64,000 nt of DNA from Eledone cirrhosa. Its lineage: Eukaryota. The notes beneath the pieces were generated by a model. The model saw only the letters and a program-made list of their open reading frames with translations. It made no database searches and was not told the origin of the DNA. Shown piece by piece: positions 1 through 14,649 of this stretch (position 1 is the stretch's first letter; each line of letters starts with the position of its first letter). A program made the position numbers and the translations under genes. The stretch covers positions 24,986,001 to 25,050,000 of the forward strand of contig OZ024762.1 in the NCBI GenBank assembly GCA_964016885.1. The letters are read 5' to 3'.

Positions 1-463
1 TTGGGACAGGTTCTCCACCGCCAGATTTTACCTAGATTAGAAATGAATAATTTATTTGGCTCCAATGGACAACAAAAAAACGAGAATTTTACTTTCGAAA
101 AAGGATTTAGCTTCAAGATACACGTGCATATTAATGAGTAAGTAAGATGCAAGCGACTTTCATTGGCCACCTTCATCTATACATAAATTAAGAGAACAAA
201 AGAATCTCACATTAGCCGGTAAGGTAAGATTTTTTTGTTATCTTAGCAATGTTAATTTTCTTTCTAGTGCATTGTATGGTTTTCAAAATTATTTAAATAT
301 ATATTTTGAACTTCCTTTTCTTTTGTGTATCTATCCTTAGTGACCCTGTCTCTATATTTGTACTCCTGAAGAAGGGCTAAACCTCGACGCGTCTAACTTT
401 CTTTCAGCATTTCCATATAAAGCGTGAAACTAATAATACTTCTTCTATCTCTGTTTATTGTTT

Positions 464-840
<377 letters not shown>

Positions 841-967
841 ATGCCTAACGGCGTGAGAGGCATAGTTGGAGAGCCGTGGTATGTTTTGCTTTTTTCTATA
901 TATTGTTTTAGTGTCAAGGGAAATAACTATTCTGAGTAAGTTAAGAACGTATGAAAACGAGTTAAAA

Positions 968-1103
968 TTATTATTATTATTATTATTAATATTATTATCA
1001 TTATTATTTTTTAATATTGTTGTTGTTGTTGGTGTTGTTATTGTTGTTGTGATTATTATTATTATTATTATTATTATTATTGTTGTTGTTGTTGTTGTTG
1101 TTA

Positions 1104-1152
<49 letters not shown>

Positions 1153-1216
1153 CATTATTGTTGTTGTTGTTGTTATTATTATTATTATTATTTTTATTAT
1201 TATTTTTATTATTATT
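968..1216. repeat. (ATT)n/(GTT)n trinucleotide microsatellite
   Basis: Direct reading. Confidence 0.95.
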
Positions 1217-1444
1217 AAGCAAGAATTGCCACAGAGACTGTTGTAGTGTTTGTGTATCGTTTATTTATATATTTCTGTATTTTTTTCAAAACAATAGAAT
1301 TATATTAGAAAACGGTACAGCGTAGAAGATATCATGGTAGATTATTATTTATAGATCTTTACGGTTCGGTGACTAAATTCATTTATCTGTATATACAACC
1401 ATCTATCCAGATATATATATATATATAGATAGACACAGACACAA

Positions 1445-1484
<40 letters not shown>

Positions 1485-1525
1485 TATTTATAATTATACC
1501 TATATTATTTATCTATACATATACA

Positions 1526-1644
<119 letters not shown>

Positions 1645-1749
1645 TTCGTTTTTTAATTTGTTTTGCAAGATTTCTCATCTGAGAACGTGTGTTTTTATTC
1701 GCAGCATGACCCTCCCAACGTATAACAACTTATATATATATATATATAT

Positions 1750-2195
1750 GCAAAAGTTCTATTTAAATTGTTGGGATACAACAAGCAAATATTTTTATAA
1801 CTGATACAAAGCACTCGACAAGTATTTGGAGTAAATATACGATATTAACAAATGGAAACTATATTTATAAAACCATATCTATTTTATTATACATATTTCA
1901 AGGATACCATGTTAAATGATGGTATGCTTTCATCAGATAAAACACAATATATACCAGTTTTATAAATAAATATTGACATACCCTTTCAAAATGCAACCGT
2001 TACTTTTTGAAGACATCTGATGTCTTCCAAAAGTAACTGTTGCATTTTGAAAGGGTATGTCAATATTTATTTATAAAACTGGTATATATTGTGTTTTATC
2101 TGATGAAAGCATACCATCATTTAACATGGTATCCTTGAAATATGTATAATAAAATAGATATGGTTTTATAAATATAGTTTCCATTTGTTAATATC

Positions 2196-2200
<5 letters not shown>
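1750..2200. mobile_element. Hammerhead-bearing fold-back element, family D (Penelope pLTR-like)
   Basis: Near-perfect palindrome 1836-2200 centred at 2018, plus a unique left tail 1750-1835. Flanked by (TA)n. Second copy at 34758-35142. Confidence 0.8.
2094..2154 (+). ncRNA. Type I hammerhead ribozyme (minimal stem III); mirror copy on - strand at 1882-1942
   Basis: UUUUAU-CUGAUGA-[aagcAUACCAU..AUGGUAUccuu]-GAAA-UAUGUA-UA^AUAAAA. Confidence 0.8.
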
Positions 2201-2287
<87 letters not shown>

Positions 2288-2336
2288 GTATGTATATAGA
2301 CGTATATATATATCTATCTCACGCTCATGTAATATG

Positions 2337-2394
<58 letters not shown>

Positions 2395-2935
2395 GAACCA
2401 GCGTCCGAAACGTGTTTTCAACATAGTCACTGGAAAGAAGCAATGCAGATATTTAATACGAAGAGTTGAAATTAATGCATGCAATATTTCACAGCTCTAG
2501 CATGTCCAATTTATAATCAGCCTCCGAACCTTTCAACTCACTCTCGTAAATGCAGAGTATTTGGAAGAAAAGAGACAATACTGTTTTGTTATCATCCCTC
2601 TTGTAATAGGAGCCTTAGGAATAGTGTCAAGAAGGTTAAATGGCTGAATGGATCTGTTGGATATAGAGGTGAGTTTCGTGACTCTACAGAATACATATTT
2701 GTTTTGTAGGCAGAACAAAGAACTTTAAGAAAGAGCTAGATTGATAAGGATGAAGAAATACAGCTTCGTTGGTATCTAGTTATCAAATAACGTCGAAAAA
2801 ACAATTACAAAATGCAGAGAGAAAAATGCTGAACAACAACCACCACCACCATCACCACCACCACCACCACCACCACCACCACCACCACCACAACGACCAC
2901 CACCACAACAACAACAAGACCAACACCAACAGTAA

Positions 2936-3572
2936 CGGTTTCTGATTGAGGCACCAAGCTAACAATTTTAGGGGAAAGGGAAAGTTGATTAAACGACCCC
3001 AGTACATTACTGGTACTTTATTTTATCGACCCCGTAAGCATGAAAGGTAAAGAAAACCTCGTTCGTGATTTGAATTCAGAATGTAAAGGGGCGTAACTCT
3101 CTGCTGCAAAGCATGGTGTCTGACCCTCTACCAATACTACCAATCCACCGCCCTTAATAATGGTTTCTTATATAGGCACAAGGCCAGTAATTTAGGGGGA
3201 GGGGAAAGTCGATTAAATCGACTCCAGTGCGTGACTGGTACTTTATTTTATCGACCCCGTAAGGATGAAAGGCAAAGTTAACCTCGGCGGGATTTGAGCT
3301 CAGATCATAAAGGGCCGTAACTCTATGCTGCAAAACATGGCGTCCGACCCTCTACCGATACTGCCAATCCACCGCTCTAATAATAATAACACTTGTTTCT
3401 ATTCTTGGCACAAGCCCCGCAATTACCCCAGTGCATTACTGGTACTTTATATTTTTTGAACCCGTAAGAATAAAAGGCAAAGTTAACATCGGCGGGATTT
3501 GGACTCCGACCGTAACACTATGCTGCAAAGCATGGCGTCCGACCTTCTACCGATTCTGCCAACCCACCGCCC
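2936..3572 (-). mobile_element. Three tandem tRNA-derived SINE copies
   Basis: On the minus strand: ggcggtggattggcagtatcggtagagggtcggacgcc (A-box-like), gagttcaaatc (B-box-like), conserved core ctttcatccttacggggtcgataaa, 3' end ...ttgtgcc..gaaac(att)n. Confidence 0.85.
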
Positions 3573-3586
3573 GAATGATATTGATG

Positions 3587-3653
<67 letters not shown>

Positions 3654-3654
3654 G

Positions 3655-3900
3655 GGGTCTAATGATTACTTATCGCAAATCCCAGGAAACCCGCGTATAG
3701 GAGAAATACAAAAGATAGTACTAATGGGAACTGCCCATATACTAAGGAAGATTCTGTCAATATAAGTACATCACAAGTCTAAACACTAAAGATGCATGTG
3801 TGAGTATGTGTGTTCTTTCTTGAACATGGCGGACCTTGTTGTCTCTTGAGGTCACTGGTTGTGACTTGGTGATAACTCGTATGAACATAAAGCAAGATAA
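3655..3900 (+). mobile_element. 3' end of RLE-type (R4/Dong-like) LINE between (AAT)n tracts
   Basis: Translates to ...IPGNPRIGEIQKIVLMGTAHILRKILSI*, a typical RLE LINE C-terminus, followed by a short UTR and (AAT)n. Confidence 0.7.
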
Positions 3901-3929
3901 ATGCAACTGTAATAATAATAATAATAATG

Positions 3930-5452
3930 ATTTCATTTATTAGCCACCAGGGCCGACATATAGGGGACAATACAAAGACAGGGACAGTGGGAGTTTACAA
4001 TAAGGTGGAGTAAAAGTGCACAATGGCAAGACTAATTTAACAATGAAAATATAAAAATATAAAATAAACTATGCATAAATATAACAAAATAAATTCCCCG
4101 ATAGGGGGTGTACGACCCTGGGGTGCTTCAGGTACCCCACCAATCCTGAACCACCCTGCGCTTCTAGGGCACCCAGGGAGAGCACCCTTCTCCTCAAGTT
4201 AGCTAGCCTATAGGCGCATGGTCAACATTCATCCACCTTTTAGCAAATGTACTGGGGGACAGCACTTCTCTCTCCACCCTCACCTTGCTTTCCAGGTGAA
4301 ACTTGAAGAAGTTGATGAGGGATTGGCCGAAGAGAAAAGTGTCTGTCTTCAGTCCTTTTAATCTGGTCCACCATATAACCTCTTTCGCAACGGCCACCAG
4401 ACAGAGGAAAATTGCCTGCTCTTCCTAACCTAAGGAAGGCGGCGGGTCGATCTTCACTATGGACTCGGCCGATAGCCGGATTCGTTCCACACGCGACAGT
4501 AGCTGTTCGACATAACTCCACAAGTCAGTAATGCACGGACATTGGACAAGTGCGTGCAGAATGGTTTCGTCGTTCTGTGCGCATCTTGAGCACGTACGTC
4601 TGACAGCACTTCCGTGCCTGTAGAGTTTATCCCGAACCGGCAGTGCCCCCCGGTAGCACTGCTAAGTGAGGGATTTGTGGAAATTGTCCATCGTCCCCGG
4701 CTCGAAATTCCTCCGGTACAGACTGGTCAGTTCGCCTTCGTCGAGGCCCAAAGCTTCTCCGAGTGCGTCATCGCACTTGTCCAGCACTAATCCTCTATAG
4801 AACTCGAGAGTGGAAGTCCCACTGATCTCATTGCCCGCTTAGTAGAGGGCAGTGAGTGCCTGGCAGCATTCCAGGTGCCAGTCACCCAGTCTCGGTTTCT
4901 TCTTGACCCAGGACTGCAGCTCAGTCAAAGAAACCAGCTGCGGAAAGGCCCGTCTGATAAACAGCGACCTGTTCACCGTTTAGGCAGAATATCTGGAGAT
5001 GTCGCAGCCCCAACGCATGTCTGCGCAACATTAGCTACGGCATGCCTAGCCCTCCGCGTAGACGGTGCTGGCAGCAGATGGACCGCCTCACCAACGGAAC
5101 TGGTCCCCTCCACAAGAATTTGAAGAGCAGCCGTTCCAACTTGACGAGGCGCGGACGGGGGAAAGGCACGACTGTCAGGCGGTAGTAGATGACGGACGCG
5201 ATGTACGCATTCGCCACCTCCGCGTGACCTTTCAGTGATAGCTTCCTCCCAGCCCATTTTTGGGTAAGACTTCCTACTCTGCTTGTTACCTCATCCCAAT
5301 TCTTTTCCACCTGGAGGTCTGGTCCGAACCAGACCCCGAGCAACTTTACCGGTCCGTCCATCCAGCGCCCCACGACGCTGTTGGACGACATGAGCTTGCC
5401 TCTCCAGGTTCCGAGCTGCAAGCCCACCGATTTTTTCCGGGTTAAATTTGGC
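3930..5452 (-). pseudogene. 5'-truncated Tx1/L1-clade LINE (late RT, C-terminal zinc finger and 3'UTR)
   Basis: GLQLGTWRGK...VKLLGVWFGPDLQVEKNW...LSLKGHAEVANAYIASVIYYRL...GGLGMP, then CSRCAQNDETILH. Paralogous to 10740-12250. Confidence 0.9.
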
Positions 5453-5486
5453 TAATAATAATAATAATAATAATAATAATATTAAT

Positions 5487-5678
5487 GATTTCTGATTGAG
5501 GCACAAGGCCAGCAAAATATCGGGAGTGCAAAGTCCATTAAATCGACCCCAGTACATTACTGGCACTTTATTTATCGACCTTGTAAGGATGAAAGGCAAA
5601 GTTAACCTGGACGGTATTTGAACTCAGACCGTAATGGGAGGTAACTATGCTAGAAAGCATGGCGTCCAACCCTCTACC

Positions 5679-5680
<2 letters not shown>
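5487..5680 (-). mobile_element. SINE copy in (AAT)n
   Basis: Same core as 2936-3572, flanked by (AAT)n on both sides. Confidence 0.8.
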
Positions 5681-5733
<53 letters not shown>

Positions 5734-5734
5734 T

Positions 5735-5990
5735 TAGGATTTGGAACTGCCATGAAGTCAAAGTGATCCCGATTGTCATAGGCGCACTGGGGACTATCTC
5801 CAAAGGTTTCCAGGGATGGTTAAAGAAAATCGGCCCCTTCACGCTTTTTGGAACGCTTCAAAAGGCATGCTTGCTTGGAACGGCAAGAACCCTCCGATAC
5901 GTCCTGAATATCTGAGGCTGCAGGTAGTGGCTTGATATTCAATCCAACGGACTTTCCAGTTAACCAACATCAATGACTGAGATTCAAGGA
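5735..5990 (+). mobile_element. 3' end of RLE-type LINE between (AAT)n tracts
   Basis: IWNCHEVKVIPIVIGALGTISKG...LQKACLLGTARTLRYVLNI*. Confidence 0.8.
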
Positions 5991-6346
5991 ATAACAATAA
6001 CAATAATAATATTAATAATAATAATAATAACAATAAAATCAAACGGAAGAAATAATTGGAATTAATCCCATTTCAATCGATAAAAGATTTATCGATTTTT
6101 CTTGTGAATATATTTGTACATAGTAGGGTTATTTAAGAGATGAAAATAGGGCTTTCAGTTGTGAAATGTGAGAGGTGAAAGCAGAGTTCGTGGATCAGTA
6201 AACAGTGTTTATGAAAACTTATGGGATGCTTCGATTGGCACGTTTTATGAAGGCACTTATGGAATTTATTCGTTATCGATTTTACACGCCCACTACATAT
6301 TAATAGCAGTTGATTTCTATTCTATTGTGCTCAGCAAATCATCCAT

Positions 6347-6690
<344 letters not shown>

Positions 6691-6988
6691 TCTGCCTGAC
6701 GTGTGGAACATCGCCGGTAAGCTTTTTTGTAAATTTCTATACAAAAACTGAACAAATTGTTTGAAAAAACATATCATTTTGTAGATTAACCCCCAAGATG
6801 AATTGTCAGCTGGGTGATAATCCCATGTTTCGCCCATTTAGGGGCGAAAATTTAATTTAAAAATTGTTTTAAAAAATCAAATTTTGCCAACTATAAAACA
6901 AGAGTAGCTCGGAAAGAACGCTAGAGAACGTCGACAGAGAGAAGAGAGGTAGAAAGGAGATATTAACGTTATATCTGCTTCTGCTACT

Positions 6989-8780
6989 ATGGACGTCGCC
7001 ATGGATACGACTGTCAACAAAGAGAAAATAATAATATTACCACTTGAAGATTTTAAAATTTCTACCGTCGAAGCGGAGAAAAATAACACACAGGAAAACA
7101 CAGGAATTAAACCCATTAATATACATACACATGAAAAAGACAACAACAAGAACTCCATAGATACATCTTCACATAAAGTTTCACCTCGTCAAGAAATTGC
7201 GATTTCCAACACCGAGGCTAACAACAATAACAACAACAGCAACACCACAGAAAAAATGTCTCTCGCTGAAACAGTGAACAAAAAACAAGATTTTATAAAT
7301 CTTGACATCTCCAATGCCAGTGAGGGAGAAAATTTATAGCTTTCGAAGACAAGGGTGGGTTTAGAATCAACTCACCCTTCGAAATAAAAGAAGAGACAGT
7401 TTGAAGGAAAGTGACCTTCAGGACCGTCTCCAACACAACGAGAAAGCCAATATTTGTGAATCAAGCAGACATAGAAGCGACCTTGAAGGAGACTCTAGCA
7501 AATATTGACTTTTTCCAACGAGGAAAACAGTACGGAAGTATTTCCGTAATGTTTAAATGCGAGGCAATCGCCCAAAAACATTCTTTGACACTAATGGTGT
7601 CAAAAGCAGTCACCTTTTTCCCTATGTACATGGGAAAAAGGACACAAAAAATAAAAATAAAAAATATACCACCAAACATTAACATCTGGTGTATCTTGGC
7701 TGGCTTCGTGGAGCCAGAGACTGATGTCATTCTTTCAATACGAAAGTCTATTAGACAAAGGTGGGCGGGTACTGATTTGGAGATTCTGATGCAAATGAGG
7801 CCGGAGAGAATCTCCAAAATACCCGAAAAAGTCGTCATCGACGATAACAACAAAATAAACATTTCGATGGTGGGGCGTAAATTTCATTGCTTTCGCTGTA
7901 GTAGCACAACACACCTTAAAGGCCTCCTGTTCTTTACAAACACGATCAACCAAATAATACAAAAGAAAGCACTGTTACCAACACCAACACCAAAACAACC
8001 ACCACCACAACAACAACAACTCACGAAACAAGCACACACACCAAAACAAACAGCCACTCAACCAACAACAACAGAAAAAACACAGACAACACCCCTGAAG
8101 AACACAGCCCCACCCATTCCACTCCATCAAACACTACCACAAACACACACACCGAAACACCACCACCACACAACATACCCCATACCCCACACTCCTGACG
8201 ATGATTATTCATGAACAGATGAGGCTGCTTCCCCTTCTTTAAGTGAAGAAGAAGGAGAGCCTCGGAAATCTAAAAAACAAAAAAGAGACACCACAAACCC
8301 CCAAAACTCAAATTACCAACACCAACACACAACCACAGACACAAACAACACCACAGGCAAACATTCCTCTACCAACAAAACCAACACCAACACAACCCAA
8401 ACACAAGCACCCACCATAAAAAGAAAACTCCCGGACGAATAACAAACTAAAACAACACTACAAAAACACACACAACAATACGCATACATCAACACAAAGA
8501 ACAAGAGTTTGATGGAGGTCATCTCCCCAAACCCCAAGTTGGAGACGGAGGGCAAAACTTTCGTCAAAGCAGAATCGTCTCCACACCTTAAACTTATAAG
8601 GGTCTCTATGGAGACCTATAGTGACCTGAAAAATAAATTTTCGAAGGACGTGGGCAACCCCTGCCAGAAACCCATCAATCGCGTTCTGATAAAATGTTTC
8701 ACCACCCACCCAACACCTCCTCCAACACCCAAATGGAGAATGAACAACCCGATCTCCAGGAAACGAAAAGGTAAGTGCAC
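6989..8780 (+). pseudogene. Tx1-like ORF1 (gag-like, zinc knuckle), disrupted
   Basis: ORFs 6989-7339 and 7411-8214 with KIKIKNIPP and CFRCSSTTHL, followed by a T/P/Q-rich tail. Lies directly upstream of the APE domain. Confidence 0.7.
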
Positions 8781-8816
8781 CTTTTCGTCCTTTTTCTCCA
8801 ACTCTTCTTCACCAAC

Positions 8817-11800
8817 ATGGCTAGTTTACGAGTTGGAAGCGAGAATGTGCGTGGCCTAAGGATGCCCTGGAAACAGGGCCAACTTTTAAACGACTTTGAG
8901 ATCTACGAATCTCTCTGTCAGCCAGGAGGTGGAGGTGGAGTGGCTGTCATGTTTCGGAAGAATCTGGACGTCGAAGTACAGCAAGTACAATTGAACCCGG
9001 AGGGTAGACTGGTAGTCCTAGACGTGAACAGTATTGGAGGTGGAGCCTTCAGACTGGTGGTCATTTATGCCCCGACCGGGCAATCGCAATCACGGCCAGA
9101 CTTCTTTAAGCGTCTAGAGTCTTTTCTGGGAACATCTCACTCCTTACTTTTAGTGGGGGACTGGAATGGTATCCTAGATGCACGATGGGAGTATGTGGGA
9201 GCATGTCCCAGTAGAGGGAGGTGCAACAGCCTCAAAACTTTAATCGGCCAATTCCAACTTGCCGATAGGTATCGACTGGATTTCCCGACTGCACCAGAAT
9301 GGACATCTAGATCGTATTTATATAGATCGTATGTATATAGGTTCTTCATTAGAGGAAGGGACAACGAGATGTTAAGCTGTCCACGGATGCACATGGTTGC
9401 CTACTCAGATCATAAATTAGTCATCTGCTTAGTCAACCGTGACAGAATACATAGACAGGGACCCGGATACTGGAAGCTGAACGTGTCGTTGCCGGCACGT
9501 AAAGCTTACAGTGAACGGATAAGTAGACTAGTCAAGCAACAGTTAACGGGAGCCATCGTCAACAATTGATGGTGGTACTCTCTCAAGAAAGCAATTAGAG
9601 TAGAATCGATAGAGTTTAGCAGAGAGTTAGCCTTAGGGAAAAGCAAAATAGAAAGAGAACTAGTAGCCAAAGTAGAGGAGGCACTAGTAGCCAAAGTAGA
9701 GGAGGCACTAGTAGCCAAAGTAGAGGAGGCACTAGCCGCGTTGCCACTTCTAAAGTGGCAACGCGGCTAAAATGTTAACGTAGAGAACGGCACTAGACTA
9801 AACACGAAACACGAAGGCTGCGTGGTCAGAAGCAAAACATGTGCTCTAGGAAACGAAGGAGCGAAAGCTGTCAGCTAGGCCCGAGTGGCGGAGGCAAAAG
9901 GTGGCACCAAGTCCACGTTTCGGTCTTTGCAAGACAAAAACGGACGCGTGCTACTTGACCCCAAGCGAATGTGCACTTTGCGCGACTGTTTGAGCAGAAC
10001 GACGGTGACCCGAACGGGGCAATGGACTTTAGTTCATACCTCGGGAGAATTACCAGTTCTGCAGGCAAGGGCGTAGTAACGCTGATCAGCAAAGACGAGA
10101 AAAGGGAGACGAAATTAACAACTTCAGGCCCATAACTGCTCAACACAGAGTTAAAGATTTTGGTCAAGGTGCTGGCGACGAGGTTGGCGCTTGTCGTCGA
10201 GAACATGTTAGGGAAAGCGCAAACGTGTGCAATCCCGACTAGGTCCATACACGACAACCTCCACCTCACGCGATACATCATAGAGAGGGTGGGCAGCAAA
10301 CCCGGCTTTGGTGAGGCTCTGATCAATTTGGATCAGTCTAAGGCATTCGATAGGGTCGACCATCGATACTTGAAAACGGATCTCAAGGCGGCCGGTTTCG
10401 GTCCCGTTTTCAGAGGATGGATCGAGGCGATGCACACAAGCATCTGCTCGAGGGTCAAGGTGAACGGCTACCTATCGGAGCCGTTCGCAATCACGCGTTC
10501 CATTCGACAGGGGTGCCCTCTCTCCTTCATTCTGTATGTATTGACTCTAGAGCAACTACTGGGGAAATTGGAGCTGTTGCAGAGCATCCCTCTAGAAGCG
10601 GGACTGTGCAAAGCGGCGTCGGCTTATGCCGCCGATGTTACGATAATGGTGACGAGCACCTCGGAAATCGGGGTGATTGGCAACTTACTGGAAAAATACG
10701 AAACGCTGATGGGAGCAAAACTAAACCCGGACAAGTCTGTCGGTTTGCAACTCGGTACGTGGAGAGGCAAACCGATGACGTTCGACAGCGTCACTGAACG
10801 CTGGACGGACGGACGGTGTAATTGCTCGGGGTCTGGTTCGGTCCAGACCTCTAGGTGGAGAAAAACATGAACGAGGTAATGCCCAAGGTGTTTGCGCTCA
10901 CCCAGAAGTGGACAGAGTGCAAACTGTCCTTGAAAGGTCGAGCGGAGGTGGCGAACACTTTCATAGCGTCCGTCATCTACTACCGCTTGACTGTCGTGCC
11001 TTGTCCCCGTGAACACCTGCCAAGATGGAACGCATACTCTTCCAGTTTCTGTGGAAGAAGCAGGCTCCGCTGGTGAGGAGATCGTCTGCAGTCAGCACCC
11101 TTCCAACGGAGGGCTAGGAATGCCATGGCTGATGATGCGCAAACATGCGCTGAGGCTGAGGCATCTCCAGGTATTCCTCACCGACCCTCAACCGGTGTGG
11201 GCAACGTTTGTGAGACAGGCTTTCCCGCAGCTCGTCTCGCTGATGGAGCTGCAGTCCTGGGTCAAGAAAAGACCGAAAACGATGGGAGCCTGGCACAATG
11301 ACTGCGCTCAGGCGTTCACAGCCCTCTGTCAAGCGGGTACAGCAATCAGTGGAGACTCCATTTCGACATTCTATAGAGGGATTATACGTTACAAGGGCGA
11401 CGACATGCTCGGAGAGACTCTGGGCGTCGAAGACGATGAGCTAATCAGTCTGTTTGGTAGGACTTTCCGCCCGAGACCTATGGACATCTTCTAGAGGTCC
11501 CTGGCCTGGCAGTGCTACCGAGGTGCGCTACCGGTTCGTGACAAGATCTACAGGCACGGACGCCCCGGCAGGGATCCTTCCGAGAGCACGTGTCCAAGAT
11601 GCGCGCAGGACATTGAAACCGTCCTGCACGCAATTTTACACTGCTCGAGCGTAACCGACCTGTGGAACTATGCAGAACAACTGCTGTCGCGTATGGGACA
11701 AATCCACTTGACTGCCGAGTCCATAGTAAGGATCAAACCGCCAGACTCTTTCAAAAAGGAAAGAGAGGCGGTTTTCCTCTGTACGGTGGCTATGGTGAAA

Positions 11801-12008
11801 GAGGTTATATCGTGGAGGAGTTTGAGATGACTGCGGACAGATGCTTTTCTCTCCGGACAACAATTGATTCCCTTCTTTAAGTGTCACTTTAGAAGGAGAA
11901 TCAGAGTGGAGAGAGAGGCACTGCACCCCAGTAAATTAACTGAAAGGTGGGTGAATGTTGCAAAAATGGCCCGAGTGATTGGGCCTTCTCTGTTTATAAG
12001 CCTGTAGA
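8817..12008 (+). pseudogene. Tx1-like ORF2: AP endonuclease, reverse transcriptase and C-terminal zinc finger; frameshifted with an internal deletion
   Basis: MASLRVGSENVRGL, VIYAPT, VGDWNG, SDHK, GPGYWKLN (APE). LDQSKAFDRVDH, SIRQGCPLS, AYAADVT (RT; YADD mutated). CPRCAQDIETVLH. Confidence 0.92.
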
Positions 12009-12264
12009 TTAAAGAAGAGAGCAAAAGGAAGAAAGGCACACTTGCACAACACGCTCCTGGAGTTGAGGGTTGTTCTATCTACGGGGTACTAAACAACCCA
12101 TTTGTGGCGCTCCGCCCCCCCCCCCTATTGGGGATTTCGATTGTTGTAATTGTTTGTTTTTATATTTTTTACACGACTGTATGTAAAATCCCCGGCATGT
12201 TTTTGTATTGTCACATTTTCTTGTGCGCCTTTGTGGCAAATAAAGAAATCTATCTATCTCCGCA

Positions 12265-12670
12265 TGGTATAGACGTTCTTCACATCGGCTCCTCGAGTAT
12301 TGGAGATATTACGTGTTAACAGTAAGTTTGTCTGTATTCTTGCGTTATTGCGTTAATTAACCCCCTTGCCTGGGTCTTCGGACATTAGGATTAATTTGTT
12401 TCACCCCTTTTGGGGTGAAATTTTTCATCCTAAAACTCTTGTAATTGTCTCTACGCTAGTTGTAATGGAAGCCATTACCATAGGTAACGATAACACGCCC
12501 ACTAAACACACCGAAGGAGAGCGGGTAGCGGAGGCAACAAGCCTCTCTACTGAAAGAATAATGATTATTAGAAACATTGAAAAAATGGAGCCTAACCCTA
12601 ATGAATAAAATGTGAAAAAAATTGACTCGGAGAAATTGCCAACATTAATGGATGCCGTTTCGACTTTTCA
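12265..12670 (+). mobile_element. 5' end of a further Tx1-like copy directly downstream
   Basis: ccccttttggggtgaaattttt resembles the 5'UTR motif cccattttaggggcgaaaattt at 6833. Followed by an ORF1-like start (MEAITIGNDN...). Confidence 0.5.
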
Positions 12671-12671
12671 C

Positions 12672-13298
12672 GGGAAATACCACCAGTGTATGGAATCTAT
12701 AACCTATGAAAGGCAGACTATAGACACGATAATTAAAAATATAAATTAAAGCGTAAATAAATACCTCTATAACTATATAACACACGTAAAAATCCAAAGA
12801 GATCTGTTTCGTCAGTAAGTTGTTGACAGAAATGGAATAACCTCGGTTCTTCAGCGTGTGTAAGCCTATACATTTCAGACAACACTAACAATTTTTAAAA
12901 GTGACTGTCCAGCTACACGTGGGAGAGAGTCTTTCCTCTCTCTCTGTTTGGTTGAGCACACTTCTCTGAGTGCTGCCCTTTCTAGCAGCTCGTCCCTCTG
13001 AGGCCACTGGTTCACTGCCCTTAAACACGCATGATTTCTCTCTCCCACGTGTAGTTGGACAGTCACTTTTAAAAATTATCTTAGTATTGTCTGAAATGTA
13101 TAGCCTTACACACGCTGAAGAACCGTGGTTATTCCATTTCTGTCAACAACTTACTGGCGAAACAGATCTCTTTGGATTTGTACGTGTGTTCTATAGTTAT
13201 AGAGGTATTTATTTACGCTTTAATTTATATTTTTAATTATCGTGTCTGTAGTCTGCCTTTCATAGGTTATAGATTCCATACACTGGTGGTTTTTCCCT
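12672..13298. mobile_element. Large fold-back element (~260 bp arms, ~105 bp spacer) with mirrored hammerheads
   Basis: 12672-12929 is the reverse complement of 13036-13298, with a few substitutions. Confidence 0.85.
13108..13189 (+). ncRNA. Type I hammerhead ribozyme, fully formed; mirror copy on - strand at ~12780-12861
   Basis: ACACACG-CUGAAGA-[stem II]-GAAA-CAGAUC(ucuuug)GAUUUG-UA^CGUGUGU. Stem I has 7 bp and stem III 6-7 bp. Confidence 0.85.
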
Positions 13299-13371
13299 GT
13301 TTTATTGACGGCGCACTGTATCTCTCTCTAGTGTGTTACCTTTTCAACATATATATATATATTTATATATA

Positions 13372-13695
13372 TATAAAGAAGAAATTATAAGATGTTTAAA
13401 AAAGTTCCATATAGTTTATTATGCGCATGTACAGTCAACATATGTTCACTGGACACTTTCTTGTTCACAAGTGTTTTTAGGCCTCATATTATGTTACCTT
13501 ATTTTATCTGATGAGAACATAATTTTTGTCCCATGATTATGTTATTTTCGAAATGCGCATAAAAATATATATGGAACTGTTTTAACCCTCTTTTAATTTC
13601 TTCTTTATATATACTCCAGTTCTACCAAATGTCGAGTGCTACTTATCTGATATATGCATAATTTTATTGTTCTACAATATTACTCACCTCCTACA
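13372..13695 (+). mobile_element. Family A fold-back element with hammerhead (13500-13568) and 3' tail
   Basis: Short inverted arm 13372-13430. CUGAUGA at 13508, GAAAUGCGCAUA at 13550. Tail ends ...actcacctcctac. Confidence 0.75.
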
Positions 13696-13727
13696 CACAC
13701 ACACACATATATATATCTTTATATATG

Positions 13728-14348
<621 letters not shown>

Positions 14349-14399
14349 GTACATATATATGTATGTATGTACATATATATATATATCTATATATATATA

Positions 14400-14460
14400 T
14401 AGGAATAAGTATGACCCCGACGGCAGAGCTCAAGCCGTTTCGACGGCTATTTCTGGACTA
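14400..14460 (-). mobile_element. Family B fragment (3' half of a hammerhead)
   Basis: Minus strand GAAA-CGGC-uugagcucu-GCCG-UC^GGGGUC, embedded in (TA)n. Confidence 0.6.
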
Positions 14461-14529
14461 TATATATATATATATTATATATATATATATATATACACAC
14501 ACACATACACACATATATATATATGTATG

Positions 14530-14588
<59 letters not shown>

Positions 14589-14589
14589 G

Positions 14590-14642
<53 letters not shown>

Positions 14643-14649
14643 GTATATA

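Larger units (their letters stand above)
6695..12260 (+). mobile_element. Near full-length, decayed Tx1/L1-clade non-LTR retrotransposon
   Basis: 5'UTR, ORF1, ORF2 (APE-RT-CCHC) and a 3'UTR ending gtggcaaataaagaa(atct)n. (ATCT)n on both sides. Confidence 0.9.

Noticed and set aside
362-396. cctgaagaagggctaaacctcgacgcgtc, hammerhead-like
   Set aside because: GAAA is reduced to GA and there is no stem I pairing. At most a dead remnant.
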